Shown: positions 28,983 to 39,635 of the stretch, one piece after another
How positions within the stretch are numbered: the first letter of the stretch is position 1
Layout: each line of letters begins with the position of its first letter
Notes under the pieces: model-generated
What the model was told of the DNA's origin: nothing
The model's input: the letters and a program-made list of their open reading frames with translations, nothing else
Databases searched by the model: none
Assembly (NCBI GenBank): GCA_021822495.1
Contig: JAKAQO010000001.1
Span: forward strand, 264,808-328,807
DNA length: 64,000 nt
Source: a bacterium
GTDB lineage: Bacteria > Elusimicrobiota > Elusimicrobia > UBA1565 > UBA9628
Reading direction: 5' to 3'
Made by a program: the position numbers and the translations under genes

Positions 28983-29754
28983 GAGGGGCCTCCACTTTGG
29001 GCAAGCGCAAAGTTAAAGATAATTCGCCGCCCGAGTTTAATTGCGCGATCATGTCCGCGCCCTGAGACTGCATGAGATGACGCGCAAAACCAAGCCCGAA
29101 CCCGGTTGACTGCATCATGGGGCTATGCGCCAGTTGCGCGGGATAAAATAAGTCCAAACTCTTTTCCAACTCTTGAGGAGTCATCGGATTAATAACAAAT
29201 CGAAAACCTATATCAATCCAAACGCCGTTGACGGCCGCGCTCAAACGCAAAGGACCTTCCTTGCGGAATTTTCTAGCGTAAAATAAAAGGCTTGATAAAA
29301 CGCGAATAACCCTATCCGGATCCACCAACACTTCCGGCAGATTATCTGGAATGGAATTTTCAACCAAGATGCTGGATTGTTCCAGACCTCTTTTAATCGA
29401 GAGTATGGCTTCCGAAGCGATCTCATGAACCTTGGACGGTTGCAGGCGCAAAGATAAATCATCGCCCATTTCCAAATGAACAAAATCCCGCAAATCCCCG
29501 ACAAGAAAAGCCAAACGAACCGTTTGCTCATTCATGATTTCCAACCAGGATTTTTGGTCCGCGGTCAAATCTCCGAAAATGCCTTCCAAAAAATTGAGCG
29601 TCGTTAAACGCAAGGCCGTCGCCGGAGTATTCATCTCATGTCCGGCAAAAGCCAGGAACCGGGAAATTTTATGCCGCGTTCTTCGGTGAATCAATAACCC
29701 AGCAACGACCGCGAAAAAAGCTCCCAGAACCGTCCCCGCCAAGAAATAGATCAT
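28972..29754 (-). CDS. Membrane-anchored histidine kinase with atypical ATPase boxes
   Basis: One TM segment, HEMNTP H-box, GFGLG G2-like box; N-box diverged (SLLFYARKF). Confidence 0.75.
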   Translation of the reverse strand: MIYFLAGTVLGAFFAVVAGLLIHRRTRHKISRFLAFAGHEMNTPATALRLTTLNFLEGIFGDLTADQKSWLEIMNEQTVRLAFLVGDLRDFVHLEMGDDLSLRLQPSKVHEIASEAILSIKRGLEQSSILVENSIPDNLPEVLVDPDRVIRVLSSLLFYARKFRKEGPLRLSAAVNGVWIDIGFRFVINPMTPQELEKSLDLFYPAQLAHSPMMQSTGFGLGFARHLMQSQGADMIAQLNSGGELSLTLRLPKVEAPHGH

Positions 29755-30272
29755 CGAGAAATCGCCTTTTTTGAATTTTGATGTTTTTGAGCCAGCTCCA
29801 GGTAATTGTCGCGGCTTTGTTTTAAAAACTTGATTTCATCATCTTTGAGAGGCCTTGCGATTTTAGCCGGAAGGCCCATGACCAAGTGCCTCGGCGGAAC
29901 GCGAAACCCCTTGGGGATCAAGGCACCCGCGGCAATAACGCATTCACGGCCAATCTCAGCCTCCATCACAATCGCCCCCATGCCAATAAGGCAAAGATCC
30001 CCAATAACGGCTCCATGAATAATCGCGCCGTGGCCCACCGTCACGCCGCAACCAATTCGCGTGGGGTATTCTTCCCGCCCGTGAACGATGACTCCGTCTT
30101 GAAGATTGGAGGCTTCCCCAATTTCAATCGGACACACATCCGCGCGAACAACGGAATAAGGCCAGAGAGAAACCCTGGGGCCGATCAAAGCGCGGCCAAT
30201 CACTTCCGCCGTTTCATGAACAAAGGCTGTTTTGTGAATCTTCGGTTTGTCTTTTAGAAGAGCTCGAATCAT
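29751..30272 (-). CDS. Gamma carbonic anhydrase family protein (YrdA/PaaY-like)
   Basis: VRAD, SNLQDG, TVGHGAIIHG hexapeptide repeats. Confidence 0.92.
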   Translation of the reverse strand: MIRALLKDKPKIHKTAFVHETAEVIGRALIGPRVSLWPYSVVRADVCPIEIGEASNLQDGVIVHGREEYPTRIGCGVTVGHGAIIHGAVIGDLCLIGMGAIVMEAEIGRECVIAAGALIPKGFRVPPRHLVMGLPAKIARPLKDDEIKFLKQSRDNYLELAQKHQNSKKAISR

Positions 30273-30328
30273 AGGTCCTCTGTTGATTATGATAAAATCA
30301 AATCAGTATAGGCAAGCTCTTCAATTTC

Positions 30329-31927
30329 ATGGACCACGCGGAATTTGATTTTATCGTCGTTGGTAGCGGCATCGCTGGTCTTCTCAGCGCCCACAAGCTC
30401 TCGGCCCTGGGGCGCACCGCTATTCTGACCAAGAAAGAAGCGGTCGAATCCAATACCAATTACGCGCAAGGGGGAATCGCTGCCGTCACAAGCCAAATCG
30501 ACAGCTTTCAGCGCCATATCTCAGACACCCTCATCGCCGGGGCGGGTCTTTGCGACGAAAAAATAGTCGCAATGACCATCCAGGACGCTCCCGCGAGAAT
30601 CAAAGAGCTTCAGGAAATTGGGGTTCGTTTCTCTCAAAAAAAGGGAACCGTTGATTTGGGGCTTGAAGCCGGCCATTCCGAAAGGCGCATTCTTCACGCC
30701 GGAGATATTACCGGTCATGAAATAGAACGGGCGCTCCTTCGCGCTTGTCAAAAAAATCCGCGCATTGATATTTTTGAAAATGAAATCGGCATTGATTTGA
30801 TTCTCGATAAAAACGGCCATTGCCGCGGTCTCTATTCTTTGAGCCGGAAAAATGGAAAAATTCGCGCATTCTCGGCCAAGGCCGTCATTTTGGCGACCGG
30901 AGGAGCCGGAAAGGTCTACCTGGTCACGACCAACCCGGACATCGCCACCGGAGATGGAATGGCCATGGCCTACCGGGCGGGGGCCACTCTCGCGAATATG
31001 GAATTTGTCCAGTTTCATCCGACCTGCCTCTATCACCCGCAAGCAAAATCTTTTCTTTTATCTGAAGCGCTAAGAGGCGAAGGCGGAAAACTGATTTTAA
31101 AAAACGGGCAAGCCTTCATGAAAAAACACGACCCGCGGGCGGAGCTGGCCCCCCGGGACATCGTCGCCCGCGCCGTGGATTACGAACTCAAAAAATCGGG
31201 AGAACCCTGCGTTTATCTGGACATGACGCACAAGTCAAAAAAATTTCTGTCCCAGCGCTTCCCCAATATCGACCGCACGCTGAGAGAATATGGAATCGAT
31301 ATGTCCAAGACCCCGATTCCCGTCGTCCCCGCCGCTCACTTTTTCTGCGGAGGAGTCAAGGTTGACTCCGACTCCAGAACCGACATCCCCGGCTTATTCG
31401 CCGTTGGGGAAAACTCACAAACCGGCCTTCACGGCGCAAACCGCTTGGCTTCTAATTCTCTTTTGGAGGGTTGCGTTTTCGCCCATCGCCTTTTTCATCA
31501 TATTAAAGACGATGACTCAATCCACCGCTTAAAGCCGTTTACGCCCAAAAGCTGGAACCCAGGAAAAGCCAAGGCCTTGGATGAGGCCGTCGTCATCACG
31601 CAAAACTGGGATGAAATTCGGCGTCTCATGTGGAACTACGTCGGAATCGTTCGCACAACCAAGAGACTTGAGCGCGCGTTAAGGAGAATGAAGCTCCTCA
31701 ACGCGGAGATTAATCATTATTATTGGAACTTTTTTCTGACCCCGGATTTAATTGAACTACGAAACTTAGCGGATGTGGCCAGCGCCGTTATTTTGTCCGC
31801 TCTCCAAAGAAAAGAAAGCCGCGGACTTCATTACACGCTGGATTATCCCAAACCCGTTCCGGCCCAAAAGCATGATACCCTCATGAATAAAAAAATGGCA
31901 TTAAGGCTTTTCGAACGGTTTAGTTAA
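30329..31927 (+). CDS. nadB: L-aspartate oxidase
   Basis: NTNYAQGGIAAV, EAGHSERRILH, QFHPT, SEALRGEG, GLHGANRLASNSLLE, RKESRGLH. Confidence 0.96.
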   Translation: MDHAEFDFIVVGSGIAGLLSAHKLSALGRTAILTKKEAVESNTNYAQGGIAAVTSQIDSFQRHISDTLIAGAGLCDEKIVAMTIQDAPARIKELQEIGVRFSQKKGTVDLGLEAGHSERRILHAGDITGHEIERALLRACQKNPRIDIFENEIGIDLILDKNGHCRGLYSLSRKNGKIRAFSAKAVILATGGAGKVYLVTTNPDIATGDGMAMAYRAGATLANMEFVQFHPTCLYHPQAKSFLLSEALRGEGGKLILKNGQAFMKKHDPRAELAPRDIVARAVDYELKKSGEPCVYLDMTHKSKKFLSQRFPNIDRTLREYGIDMSKTPIPVVPAAHFFCGGVKVDSDSRTDIPGLFAVGENSQTGLHGANRLASNSLLEGCVFAHRLFHHIKDDDSIHRLKPFTPKSWNPGKAKALDEAVVITQNWDEIRRLMWNYVGIVRTTKRLERALRRMKLLNAEINHYYWNFFLTPDLIELRNLADVASAVILSALQRKESRGLHYTLDYPKPVPAQKHDTLMNKKMALRLFERFS

Positions 31928-31964
31928 AATGGACCGAATGAAACGTTTTTTTGATATTTTTTAA

Positions 31965-31993
31965 TTGCGTGAACCGCAGGGACATGTTATAAT
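31965..31993 (+). promoter_or_regulatory. Sigma70-type promoter
   Basis: TTGCGT, 17 nt, TATAAT with TGn extension; predicted start near G32000. Confidence 0.8.
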
Positions 31994-31999
31994 ATAATT

Positions 32000-32076
32000 G
32001 TAGCTGAGAGGGTCGCCTTATTTGCGACTCGTCGCGCGCGAATAAATCCGTGCGCGCTCGGCTGCCTTTTTATTTT
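32000..32076 (+). ncRNA. Putative DUF3800-associated structured RNA (three-way junction)
   Basis: P1 32000-32008/32057-32065, P2 32010-32016/32024-32030, P3 32033-32040/32049-32056, G-U pairs favouring the + strand, then a U-rich tail. Confidence 0.75.
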
Positions 32077-32084
32077 CTCGCCGT

Positions 32085-32822
32085 ATGTATATTCTCTATC
32101 TGGACGAGTCGGGAAATCCCTCTGGCTGGAATAAAGGACAGCGCAATCTTGTATTGGGAGGCGTAGCCGTTTTTGAAGGAGAAATACGAAAAATTACTAG
32201 TTCCGTGGATGCCCTCCAAAACAAATATTTCCCAGGAATACCTATTCCACTTGAGTTTCACTCCAGCGAAATTTTTTCTGGAAAGAACGCTTTCCGCGCC
32301 TTGCCTTATGATGATCGTAAATCTATTCTTAAGGATTTAGCCTCTGTTTTAACATCTAATTCCATAACGACATTCGCTACTGGCATCCACATAAGTCAGG
32401 TCCATTCGCCCGATCAAGCCCTCCAAGACGTTTTCGGAGATGTTTGCACGCGTTTTAATACCATGTTATTGCGGCACCACCATGCCGATAAGCCCCAGAA
32501 AGGACTGCTGATTATTGATAAATCTCAATATTCCGAAAAACTCTTCCAAGATATGATTAGTTTCCGAAAATCAGGAACAAAGCACGCCGCGTATTTGGGA
32601 AACATCGTAGACATCCCTTATTTCACGGATTCCCACAGAACGCGGATCATGCAACTGGCCGATTTCGTGGCCTGGACATTTTTTCGCTGTTTGGAGCATG
32701 GAGACGGATCATTTCTAACCTCAATTCTTTCTTGTTTCGATCGCGGAGACTCCCAGGCCAATCTCTCCGATGGCCTTAAACACATGACGGTGGAACCTTG
32801 CTCCTGTCCGGCAAGGCACTAA
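32085..32822 (+). CDS. DUF3800 family protein (predicted RNase H-like fold)
   Basis: YLDESG at N-terminus, [23 protein letters not shown]. Confidence 0.88.
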   Translation: MYILYLDESGNPSGWNKGQRNLVLGGVAVFEGEIRKITSSVDALQNKYFPGIPIPLEFHSSEIFSGKNAFRALPYDDRKSILKDLASVLTSNSITTFATGIHISQVHSPDQALQDVFGDVCTRFNTMLLRHHHADKPQKGLLIIDKSQYSEKLFQDMISFRKSGTKHAAYLGNIVDIPYFTDSHRTRIMQLADFVAWTFFRCLEHGDGSFLTSILSCFDRGDSQANLSDGLKHMTVEPCSCPARH

Positions 32823-32835
32823 ACGGATCGAAAAA

Positions 32836-35694
32836 ATGGACCGAATCATTATCCGAGGCGCAAGGCAGCACAACCTTAAAAACATTTCTCTCGAACTTCC
32901 AAAAAACAAGCTCGTCGTCATCACCGGGCTTTCGGGCTCAGGAAAGTCCTCTCTCGCTTTCGACACCCTCTACGCCGAGGGACAACGACGCTATGTTGAA
33001 AGCCTTTCGGCTTATGCGAGGCAATTTCTGGAACTCATGGAGAAACCCGATGTGGATTTAATCGAGGGCTTGTCCCCGGCGATTGCCATCGAACAAAGAA
33101 ACCCGTCTCATAATCCGCGCTCGACCGTCGCGACCACGACCGAAATTTACGATTATCTGCGCCTGTTATTTGCCCGTATTGGACGCCCGCATTGCCCAAA
33201 ATGCAAGCGTCCGGTTAAAAAACAATCTCCCCAAGCCATTACTCAGGAAACTCTAAATTTATTTCCCGGACAATCCGTCTCCATCTGGTCTCCCCTAGTC
33301 ATGGGCCGTACCGGGACCTACGAGGAACTTTTCAATCGCCTGAAACGCTCGGGGTATGTCAAGGTCCGGATAGACGGAAAAATTTCGGAGCTCGATTCGA
33401 CCCCCAAACTCAGTCGTTACGCCAAACACGTCATCGAACTGTTCATTGATACGGTTGACGCCGTTCAGGAAGAAAAAAACCGGCTTTTCGAATCCCTAGA
33501 AACCGCGCTCAAAGAATCCCGGGGGCTGGTCCGAATCGAACCCTCAAAAAAAGCGGCTCAAGGGGTTTTAATGAGCGAACATAATGCCTGCCCGGAATGC
33601 GGGCTGAGTCTTCCGGAACTCGAACCGCGGCTCTTCTCCTTTAATTCTCCTTATGGGGCTTGTCCCTCTTGCGACGGAATTGGACAAAAAACGGAGGTTG
33701 ACCCTGATTTAGTGATTCCCGATCCCTCTCTTTCCATTCAAGACGGCGCCATTGTCGCCTGGGATGACCCGGTCACCACCCGAACCAACCGCTGGAAAAA
33801 ATCCTGGTCCGGGTATTATACGGAAATTCTGGAAACCATTTGCCGCCAACATGGAATTAACCCGAGAACGCCTTGGTCGGAACTTTCACAAAAACACAAG
33901 GAAATCATTCTTTACGGCGGCGGACATTACCGGCCTCATTGGGCGAAAAACGATCAAGAGTATGAAGGGATTATTCCTAATCTTGAACGCCGGTATAAAG
34001 AAACCGAATCGGAATTTGTCAAAAGCGCCATAGTCGAGCGCTTCATGCGAAAAGGAGAATGCCCTGATTGCCATGGGGCCCGTCTTAAACCCGAAGCCCT
34101 GGCGGTTTTAGTCGGCGGCAAAAATATTCGCGAAGTCACCGCCCTTTCCATTTCCCAGGCTTACGCCTTCGTTCAGAATCTCGATTTAACCGCGACCGAA
34201 AAAACCATCGCCAAGATGATCCTTAAGGAAATACTCTCGCGGCTAGAATTTTTAACCAACGTCGGGCTCGATTATCTAACATTGGACCGCGCGTCTGAAA
34301 CCTTGGCCGGAGGAGAAGCGCAGAGAATTCATCTAGCTACTCAAATTGGTTCGGGGCTCAGCGGAGTTCTCTATGTTCTTGACGAACCTTCCATCGGCCT
34401 TCACCCGCGAGATAACACCCGGCTTCTCTCGACTTTAAAGCGCCTTCGCGACATTGGAAACACCTTGATCGTCGTCGAACATGACGAAGAAACGATGCTT
34501 AACGCCGACTGGATCGTCGATCTCGGGCCGGGAGCGGGCATTCACGGAGGCCAAATTATCGCGCAAGGAACGCCTAAACAGATTTTGGCCTCGAAGACTT
34601 CTCTGACCGGGGCCTATCTGAGGGGAGACAAAAAACCTCTTCAAAAGCGCGCCTTGCGGCGTCCAAGCGCGAGACAATTTATATCCATCCTAGGCGCGAA
34701 ACAATTTAATCTTAAGAATATCGACGTCAAAATTCCTCTCGGCCTTTTCGTCTCGGTGACAGGAGTCTCGGGATCGGGAAAGTCAACCTTGGTTCATGAA
34801 ATTCTTTACAAAGCTCTCGCTCGAAAATTTTACGCCTCCAAGGACGCGCCGGGAGTCCACCGAAGCCTGACAGGAGTGGAAAACATAGACAAAGTGATTG
34901 TCGTCGATCAATCCCCCATCGGCCGAACTCCGCGCTCAAACCCGGCCACCTATACCGGACTTTGGTCTCCGATTCGGGAAATATTCTCTCAGTTGCCGCA
35001 GTCGCGGGCAAGGGGTTATAAACCGGGGCGTTTTTCTTTTAATGTGAAGGGCGGGCGATGCGAAAATTGTTCCGGAGACGGCTCCCTTCAAATCTCGATG
35101 CAATTTTTGCCCGATGTTTACGTACCTTGCGAGGAATGTCGGGGAGCGCGCTTTAACGAGGAAACCCTTTCCATCCGCTATAAAGGAAAAAATATCGCCG
35201 AGGTCTTGGCCATGAGCGTTGAAGAAGCCCGAACGTTTTTTGAAAACCATCCCCTCTTGTCTCGAATCCTAAAAACCATCGAGGACGTGGGCCTTGGATA
35301 CATCACGCTTGGGCAAGCCGCGACCACTCTCTCTGGAGGAGAAGCCCAGAGAGTCAAACTTGCCGCCGAACTGGGACGTCGAGACACCGGTAAAACCCTC
35401 TATATTTTGGATGAGCCCACAACCGGGCTTCATTTCGCCGACGTAGATAAACTCATCAACGTCCTTCACCGGCTTGTCGATCATGGAAACACGGTCCTGG
35501 TCATTGAGCATAATCTTGACGTGATTCGCAATTCCGACTGGATTATTGATTTGGGTCCGGAAGGGGGATCTGGAGGTGGACGTTTAATCGCGGAAGGAAC
35601 GCCTCAAGACATCACCCAGAATTCTCATTCACACACCGGGCAATATCTTGAAATTAATCCAGCAACCTGTTACACTAATTCCAGGAGCTCCTAA
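32836..35694 (+). CDS. uvrA: Excinuclease ABC subunit A
   Basis: [32 protein letters not shown], two ABC domains, zinc fingers. Confidence 0.98.
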   Translation: MDRIIIRGARQHNLKNISLELPKNKLVVITGLSGSGKSSLAFDTLYAEGQRRYVESLSAYARQFLELMEKPDVDLIEGLSPAIAIEQRNPSHNPRSTVATTTEIYDYLRLLFARIGRPHCPKCKRPVKKQSPQAITQETLNLFPGQSVSIWSPLVMGRTGTYEELFNRLKRSGYVKVRIDGKISELDSTPKLSRYAKHVIELFIDTVDAVQEEKNRLFESLETALKESRGLVRIEPSKKAAQGVLMSEHNACPECGLSLPELEPRLFSFNSPYGACPSCDGIGQKTEVDPDLVIPDPSLSIQDGAIVAWDDPVTTRTNRWKKSWSGYYTEILETICRQHGINPRTPWSELSQKHKEIILYGGGHYRPHWAKNDQEYEGIIPNLERRYKETESEFVKSAIVERFMRKGECPDCHGARLKPEALAVLVGGKNIREVTALSISQAYAFVQNLDLTATEKTIAKMILKEILSRLEFLTNVGLDYLTLDRASETLAGGEAQRIHLATQIGSGLSGVLYVLDEPSIGLHPRDNTRLLSTLKRLRDIGNTLIVVEHDEETMLNADWIVDLGPGAGIHGGQIIAQGTPKQILASKTSLTGAYLRGDKKPLQKRALRRPSARQFISILGAKQFNLKNIDVKIPLGLFVSVTGVSGSGKSTLVHEILYKALARKFYASKDAPGVHRSLTGVENIDKVIVVDQSPIGRTPRSNPATYTGLWSPIREIFSQLPQSRARGYKPGRFSFNVKGGRCENCSGDGSLQISMQFLPDVYVPCEECRGARFNEETLSIRYKGKNIAEVLAMSVEEARTFFENHPLLSRILKTIEDVGLGYITLGQAATTLSGGEAQRVKLAAELGRRDTGKTLYILDEPTTGLHFADVDKLINVLHRLVDHGNTVLVIEHNLDVIRNSDWIIDLGPEGGSGGGRLIAEGTPQDITQNSHSHTGQYLEINPATCYTNSRSS

Positions 35695-36345
35695 ATGAGC
35701 GGCGAAAAGAATTCTGAAGAAGAGTCAAAAGCGGAAGAACTCAATAAAAAAAATCGGTTTATTCTTATTGGCGGCATCGCTCTTTTGATTTTGCCTCTTT
35801 TAATTATTCTTATCTCAAAGCTCACGGCTCTTCATGGAACCCAAACATCCCAAATGAATGGGAGTATGTTTTACGCGCGCACGGTAAAAGTCGGAGACAA
35901 ATTGACTCCCGCTCCAACCCCAGCGCCCTCCAATGTCGCCCCTAGCCTAACCCCTCCGGTCTCAAATCAAAGCTCGCTTAATCTGGTTGTCGGAGATAAA
36001 AGTCCGCAAGCCCCTCCACCGCCAAGGAGAAAAGTTAAAAAAGTATTCAAGAGAACCACTAAACCTAAATCCTTGGCTCAGGTAAGACCCCACAAACCCG
36101 CAAAAACGGTTCAACCTTTTTCTGTTCCTCAGCTAAAACCCAGTCCGTTTGGAAACCCCGCGGCTCAAGGTGGAAGCCCTATTCCATCTGTCGGCGGAGG
36201 AGCCCAACCTCCTAACGCCGGGCAAATGATTCAAAACATTATGAAAGGTATGCCCCAAGGACAAAGCATCCCGCCAAACGTTCAGCAAATGATTCAGCAG
36301 TCCGGCGGCGCGCCCGCCGTTCCGGCCCCAACGGGACAACAGTAA
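35695..36345 (+). CDS. Hypothetical single-pass membrane protein, Pro/Lys/Gln-rich
   Basis: SD CAGGAG, one TM segment, low-complexity C-terminus. Confidence 0.7.
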   Translation: MSGEKNSEEESKAEELNKKNRFILIGGIALLILPLLIILISKLTALHGTQTSQMNGSMFYARTVKVGDKLTPAPTPAPSNVAPSLTPPVSNQSSLNLVVGDKSPQAPPPPRRKVKKVFKRTTKPKSLAQVRPHKPAKTVQPFSVPQLKPSPFGNPAAQGGSPIPSVGGGAQPPNAGQMIQNIMKGMPQGQSIPPNVQQMIQQSGGAPAVPAPTGQQ

Positions 36346-37496
36346 TTAGGGTTTTTCAAACAAACCGTATAAGCCGCCCAAACCAGCAAAACGGCATAGA
36401 GGTTAAAGTAAGCCAAAAAGAACGCGGCCGGAATACCATGGAGGACCGCGCGCCTGTCTAAAAAGCAACAGATAAGAATTGGAACCTGCCAAGCCAACCT
36501 TATAGACTTAAGAATGTAAAGCGTGGGAATCAGCATGAGAATATAGCTGTAATTTTTAAAACGCGGCATGGACAAGGCGTAAAGCGCGCAAAACCAAAAT
36601 ATAACCTTAAGCGGCATCGCGGGATCCGCCGCCCAATATGGGCGTATTTTTTTAACATAGGTCCAAAGGCTCAAGCCTCCCAAAATCCCGATGAAACCGG
36701 AAGTCAGAACCGTCGCGAAAGTCGCCGCACGCGCAAGGTTTCCGGGCCACTCAAGTTGGGAGAGCTGAACAAAGAACGCGAAGGAGGATGGATTGATAGC
36801 TCCGACCTCATACCACCAACTCCCCTGGCCGGCGCGCAAGATTTTGAAGAAAGAATCCATCAAATGAGGGTAGAAAATAAAATTAAGACCAAAAATCGCC
36901 ATGAAAGAGACCAGGGAAACAAAAAAGGCGCTCCAACGCGGTTTTTTCCATACCAGAAGCAATGCGAGGAAAATAAGCGGAGTCAGTTTTGCCTGCGCCG
37001 CCAAGGCGACGCATAATCCAAATAAAAATGGCCGATCCGCCAAAAGAAACGCAAATCCAGACCATAAAAAAAGTTGCTCAAACCCTGAGATATTTCCCGC
37101 TCCAATATCAATCAAGAACGGGTTTCCGTAGGCCAACGCGAAGAAAATTAGTTCAAAAACGCTGAAAGATATATTAAAAAAATAACGTTTCCATAAGAGG
37201 ATAAGGCCCGCGACGACTGACAATTTGAGAAACACCCATAAATATTGAGCGGTCACTGGAGAAAACGCCAAAAGCGGAGCCCCCAGAGTTTTTAAGACGA
37301 TCGGAGAGTAAAGGCAAGGCATTTGCGAGGAGGCGTCGTAGGGATTGCCCCCGCGAGCTAAAATTTGTTCACAGGAAAAATAAAGTTTAAAATCTCCCTG
37401 ATGAAATGTCGGCGGGTAAAAAGACTTCCAGGTTTCAAAAAGAAGCAGAGCAATCAAGGAAGCCTTAATTGCTCTGGCGATTATCTTTTTGTCCAA
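36294..37496 (-). CDS. GT87/DUF2029-like integral membrane glycosyltransferase
   Basis: GDFKLYF..GGNPY, LYSP, GNIS, AAQAKLTP, many TM segments; TTG start just after sucD stop. Confidence 0.75.
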   Translation of the reverse strand: MDKKIIARAIKASLIALLLFETWKSFYPPTFHQGDFKLYFSCEQILARGGNPYDASSQMPCLYSPIVLKTLGAPLLAFSPVTAQYLWVFLKLSVVAGLILLWKRYFFNISFSVFELIFFALAYGNPFLIDIGAGNISGFEQLFLWSGFAFLLADRPFLFGLCVALAAQAKLTPLIFLALLLVWKKPRWSAFFVSLVSFMAIFGLNFIFYPHLMDSFFKILRAGQGSWWYEVGAINPSSFAFFVQLSQLEWPGNLARAATFATVLTSGFIGILGGLSLWTYVKKIRPYWAADPAMPLKVIFWFCALYALSMPRFKNYSYILMLIPTLYILKSIRLAWQVPILICCFLDRRAVLHGIPAAFFLAYFNLYAVLLVWAAYTVCLKNPNYCCPVGAGTAGAPPDC

Positions 37497-37497
37497 C

Positions 37498-38385
37498 CTA
37501 AACCGCGACGGGCTTGAAATTTTTAGCGACGGTTGCGCCAATTTCGCTTAAATTCTCGATGACAATTGCGCCCGCGTTTTTCAAGGCCTCGATTTTAGAG
37601 GCATGGGTGCCGGAAGAACCCTCCACAATGGCCCCGGCATGCCCCATTCGCCGTCCCGGAGGCGCGCTTTTTCCGGCAATGAAAATAAAGAGAGGCTTTT
37701 TCATATGAGCTTTGTAAAAAGCCGCCGCGTCTTCTTCGGCGGACCCGCCGATTTCCCCGATCATGACAATGGCTTCCGTTTTTGGATCACGCTCGAATAA
37801 ATCTAAAATATCCACGAAATTCGACCCTGGGATCGGATCGCCTCCGATACCGACGACGGTTGATTGCCCCAATCCTTTTTGAGTGAGTTGGTGCACCGCT
37901 TCGTAAGTCAAGGTTCCCGAACGGGAGATAATTCCAATGGGCCCTTTTTTATGAATATAGCCCGGCATGATGCCCGCCTTGGATTCTTCCGGCGTAATGA
38001 CCCCGGGACAATTAGGGCCGATAAGTCTCGCCTGAGGAGCGTAAATTTTTAAGAATTGTTTGGCTTTTGCCATATCTAAAACGGGAATTCCCTCAGTAAT
38101 ACAGATAATGAGGGAAATGCCGGCTTTTCCCGCCTCCATGACGGAATCAGCGGCGGCGGGCGCGGGAACAAAAATCAGAGAGACGTTCGCTCCGGTTTTT
38201 TTCACCGCTTCTTCAACCGTATTGAAAACCGGACGGTCCAAATGGGTCGTCCCGCCACGACCAGGAGTGACTCCGCCCACTATTTGAGAGCCGTATTCCA
38301 GACATTTTTGCGCGTGAAAAGAGCCCGCCGATCCGGTAAAACCTTGAACGATGATGCGCGAATCCTTATTTAATAAAATACTCAT
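37498..38385 (-). CDS. sucD: Succinyl-CoA synthetase alpha subunit
   Basis: [35 protein letters not shown]. Confidence 0.97.
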   Translation of the reverse strand: MSILLNKDSRIIVQGFTGSAGSFHAQKCLEYGSQIVGGVTPGRGGTTHLDRPVFNTVEEAVKKTGANVSLIFVPAPAAADSVMEAGKAGISLIICITEGIPVLDMAKAKQFLKIYAPQARLIGPNCPGVITPEESKAGIMPGYIHKKGPIGIISRSGTLTYEAVHQLTQKGLGQSTVVGIGGDPIPGSNFVDILDLFERDPKTEAIVMIGEIGGSAEEDAAAFYKAHMKKPLFIFIAGKSAPPGRRMGHAGAIVEGSSGTHASKIEALKNAGAIVIENLSEIGATVAKNFKPVAV

Positions 38386-38408
38386 TAGTCCTTCTCCTCA
38401 CAAGATTT

Positions 38409-38434
38409 TAAGGACGGGACAATGCCCTCCTTGT
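38409..38434 (+). repeat. 26-bp REP-like repeat (second family)
   Basis: TAAGGACGGGACAATGCCCTCCTTGT; related copies at 49306-49331 and 55208-55233 on the minus strand. Confidence 0.55.
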
Positions 38435-38452
38435 ATTTCATAGAAATGGGCA

Positions 38453-39619
38453 TTAGATTTTTCCTGCCGCGGCTTGGACGCTTTTCTGCGCGGCATCCCA
38501 GAGACTAGAGGCCGTCATTAAGCGAGTTCCCGAACGGTCCAAAATTTCCCGGCCCTTATCGGAATTAGTTCCCTCCAGACGAACCACCAAGGGAACTTTC
38601 AGCTTCATTTTTTTAAGCGCGGCCAAGATGCCTTCGGCGATCATATCGCAACGCACAATGCCGCCAAAGATATTGACCAGGATCGTTTTAACCTTCGGGT
38701 CCTTGAGAATAATTTTAAAAGCCCGCTCGACCCGCTCTTGATTGGCGGCGCCCCCCACGTCCAAGAAATTCGCCGGACTGCCCCCGGCCAAGGCGATGGT
38801 GTCCATCGTCCCCATGGCAAGCCCCGCGCCATTGACCATGCAACCGATATTCCCGTCCAAACCGACATAGGAAATATCATGTTTTTTGGCTTCTTTTTCC
38901 GCAGGAGAGGATTCAATGTCGTCTCTTGAGGCAAAATCCTCGTGACGAAACAAAGCGTTGTCGTCGGTCACGATTTTAGCGTCCAAAGCCACAAATCCCT
39001 TCGGAGTCAAAACCAACGGGTTGACCTCGAGTAAACTCATGTCTTTATTGATGAAAAGTTTGACCAAGGCCGTCGCCACTTTCGTAAAAGAGGAAATATA
39101 CTCCGCTGGAATTCCCAATTCAAAAGCCAAGGCCCGCGCCGCGAAAGGCAAAAGCCCAAACACCGGATCAACGGGCTTTTTGATAATCGCTTCCGGATGG
39201 TCTTCGGCCAGGGTCTCAATTTCCATTCCGCCTTGAGAAGAAGCGATTAAAACGGGAGAACCGATTTTTCTGTCAATGGCAACAGAAAAATAAAATTCTT
39301 TTTCTATTTTAACGCCTTGTTCGATCAAAACCTGATCGACCTTGAGCGTTTGGCCATGGGTTTGATGCGTCGCCATTTTCATTCCCACCATCGCCTTGGC
39401 AAAAGCTCGGGCTTCTACCGGGGTTTTCGCGAGTTTAACGCCGCCGGCTTTCCCGCGGCCGCCGGCTAAAACCTGGGCCTTCAAAACCCACGGCCCCTTC
39501 TTAAGACGTTTGAGAATGGAATTAATTTGCGCCGGCTTATCAATGACGCCTCCAAACTCCGGGAGCGGAACCTGAACCTCTCTCAAAATATTTTTTCCTT
39601 CGTATTCCAATAATTTCAT
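38453..39619 (-). CDS. sucC: Succinyl-CoA synthetase beta subunit
   Basis: KAQVLAGGRGKAGGV, EVNPL, NGAGLAMGTMD, ANFLDVGG, NIFGGIVRCD. Confidence 0.97.
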   Translation of the reverse strand: MKLLEYEGKNILREVQVPLPEFGGVIDKPAQINSILKRLKKGPWVLKAQVLAGGRGKAGGVKLAKTPVEARAFAKAMVGMKMATHQTHGQTLKVDQVLIEQGVKIEKEFYFSVAIDRKIGSPVLIASSQGGMEIETLAEDHPEAIIKKPVDPVFGLLPFAARALAFELGIPAEYISSFTKVATALVKLFINKDMSLLEVNPLVLTPKGFVALDAKIVTDDNALFRHEDFASRDDIESSPAEKEAKKHDISYVGLDGNIGCMVNGAGLAMGTMDTIALAGGSPANFLDVGGAANQERVERAFKIILKDPKVKTILVNIFGGIVRCDMIAEGILAALKKMKLKVPLVVRLEGTNSDKGREILDRSGTRLMTASSLWDAAQKSVQAAAGKI

Positions 39620-39635
39620 GGTTTCCTCTTTCTCT

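Larger units (their letters stand above)
31926..32846 (+). mobile_element. Inserted cassette (promoter, structured RNA, DUF3800) bounded by 14-bp direct repeat AAAATGGACCGAAT
   Basis: Identical 14-mers at 31926-31939 and 32833-32846; the second contains the uvrA ATG and the first sits directly at the nadB stop. Confidence 0.65.

Noticed and set aside
32000-32076. Purine riboswitch, tRNA or plain terminator as the explanation for the structured RNA
   Set aside because: Junction strands are 0-2 nt and lack purine-riboswitch consensus; no T-loop or CCA; it has its own promoter and three stems and lies over 70 nt past the nadB stop
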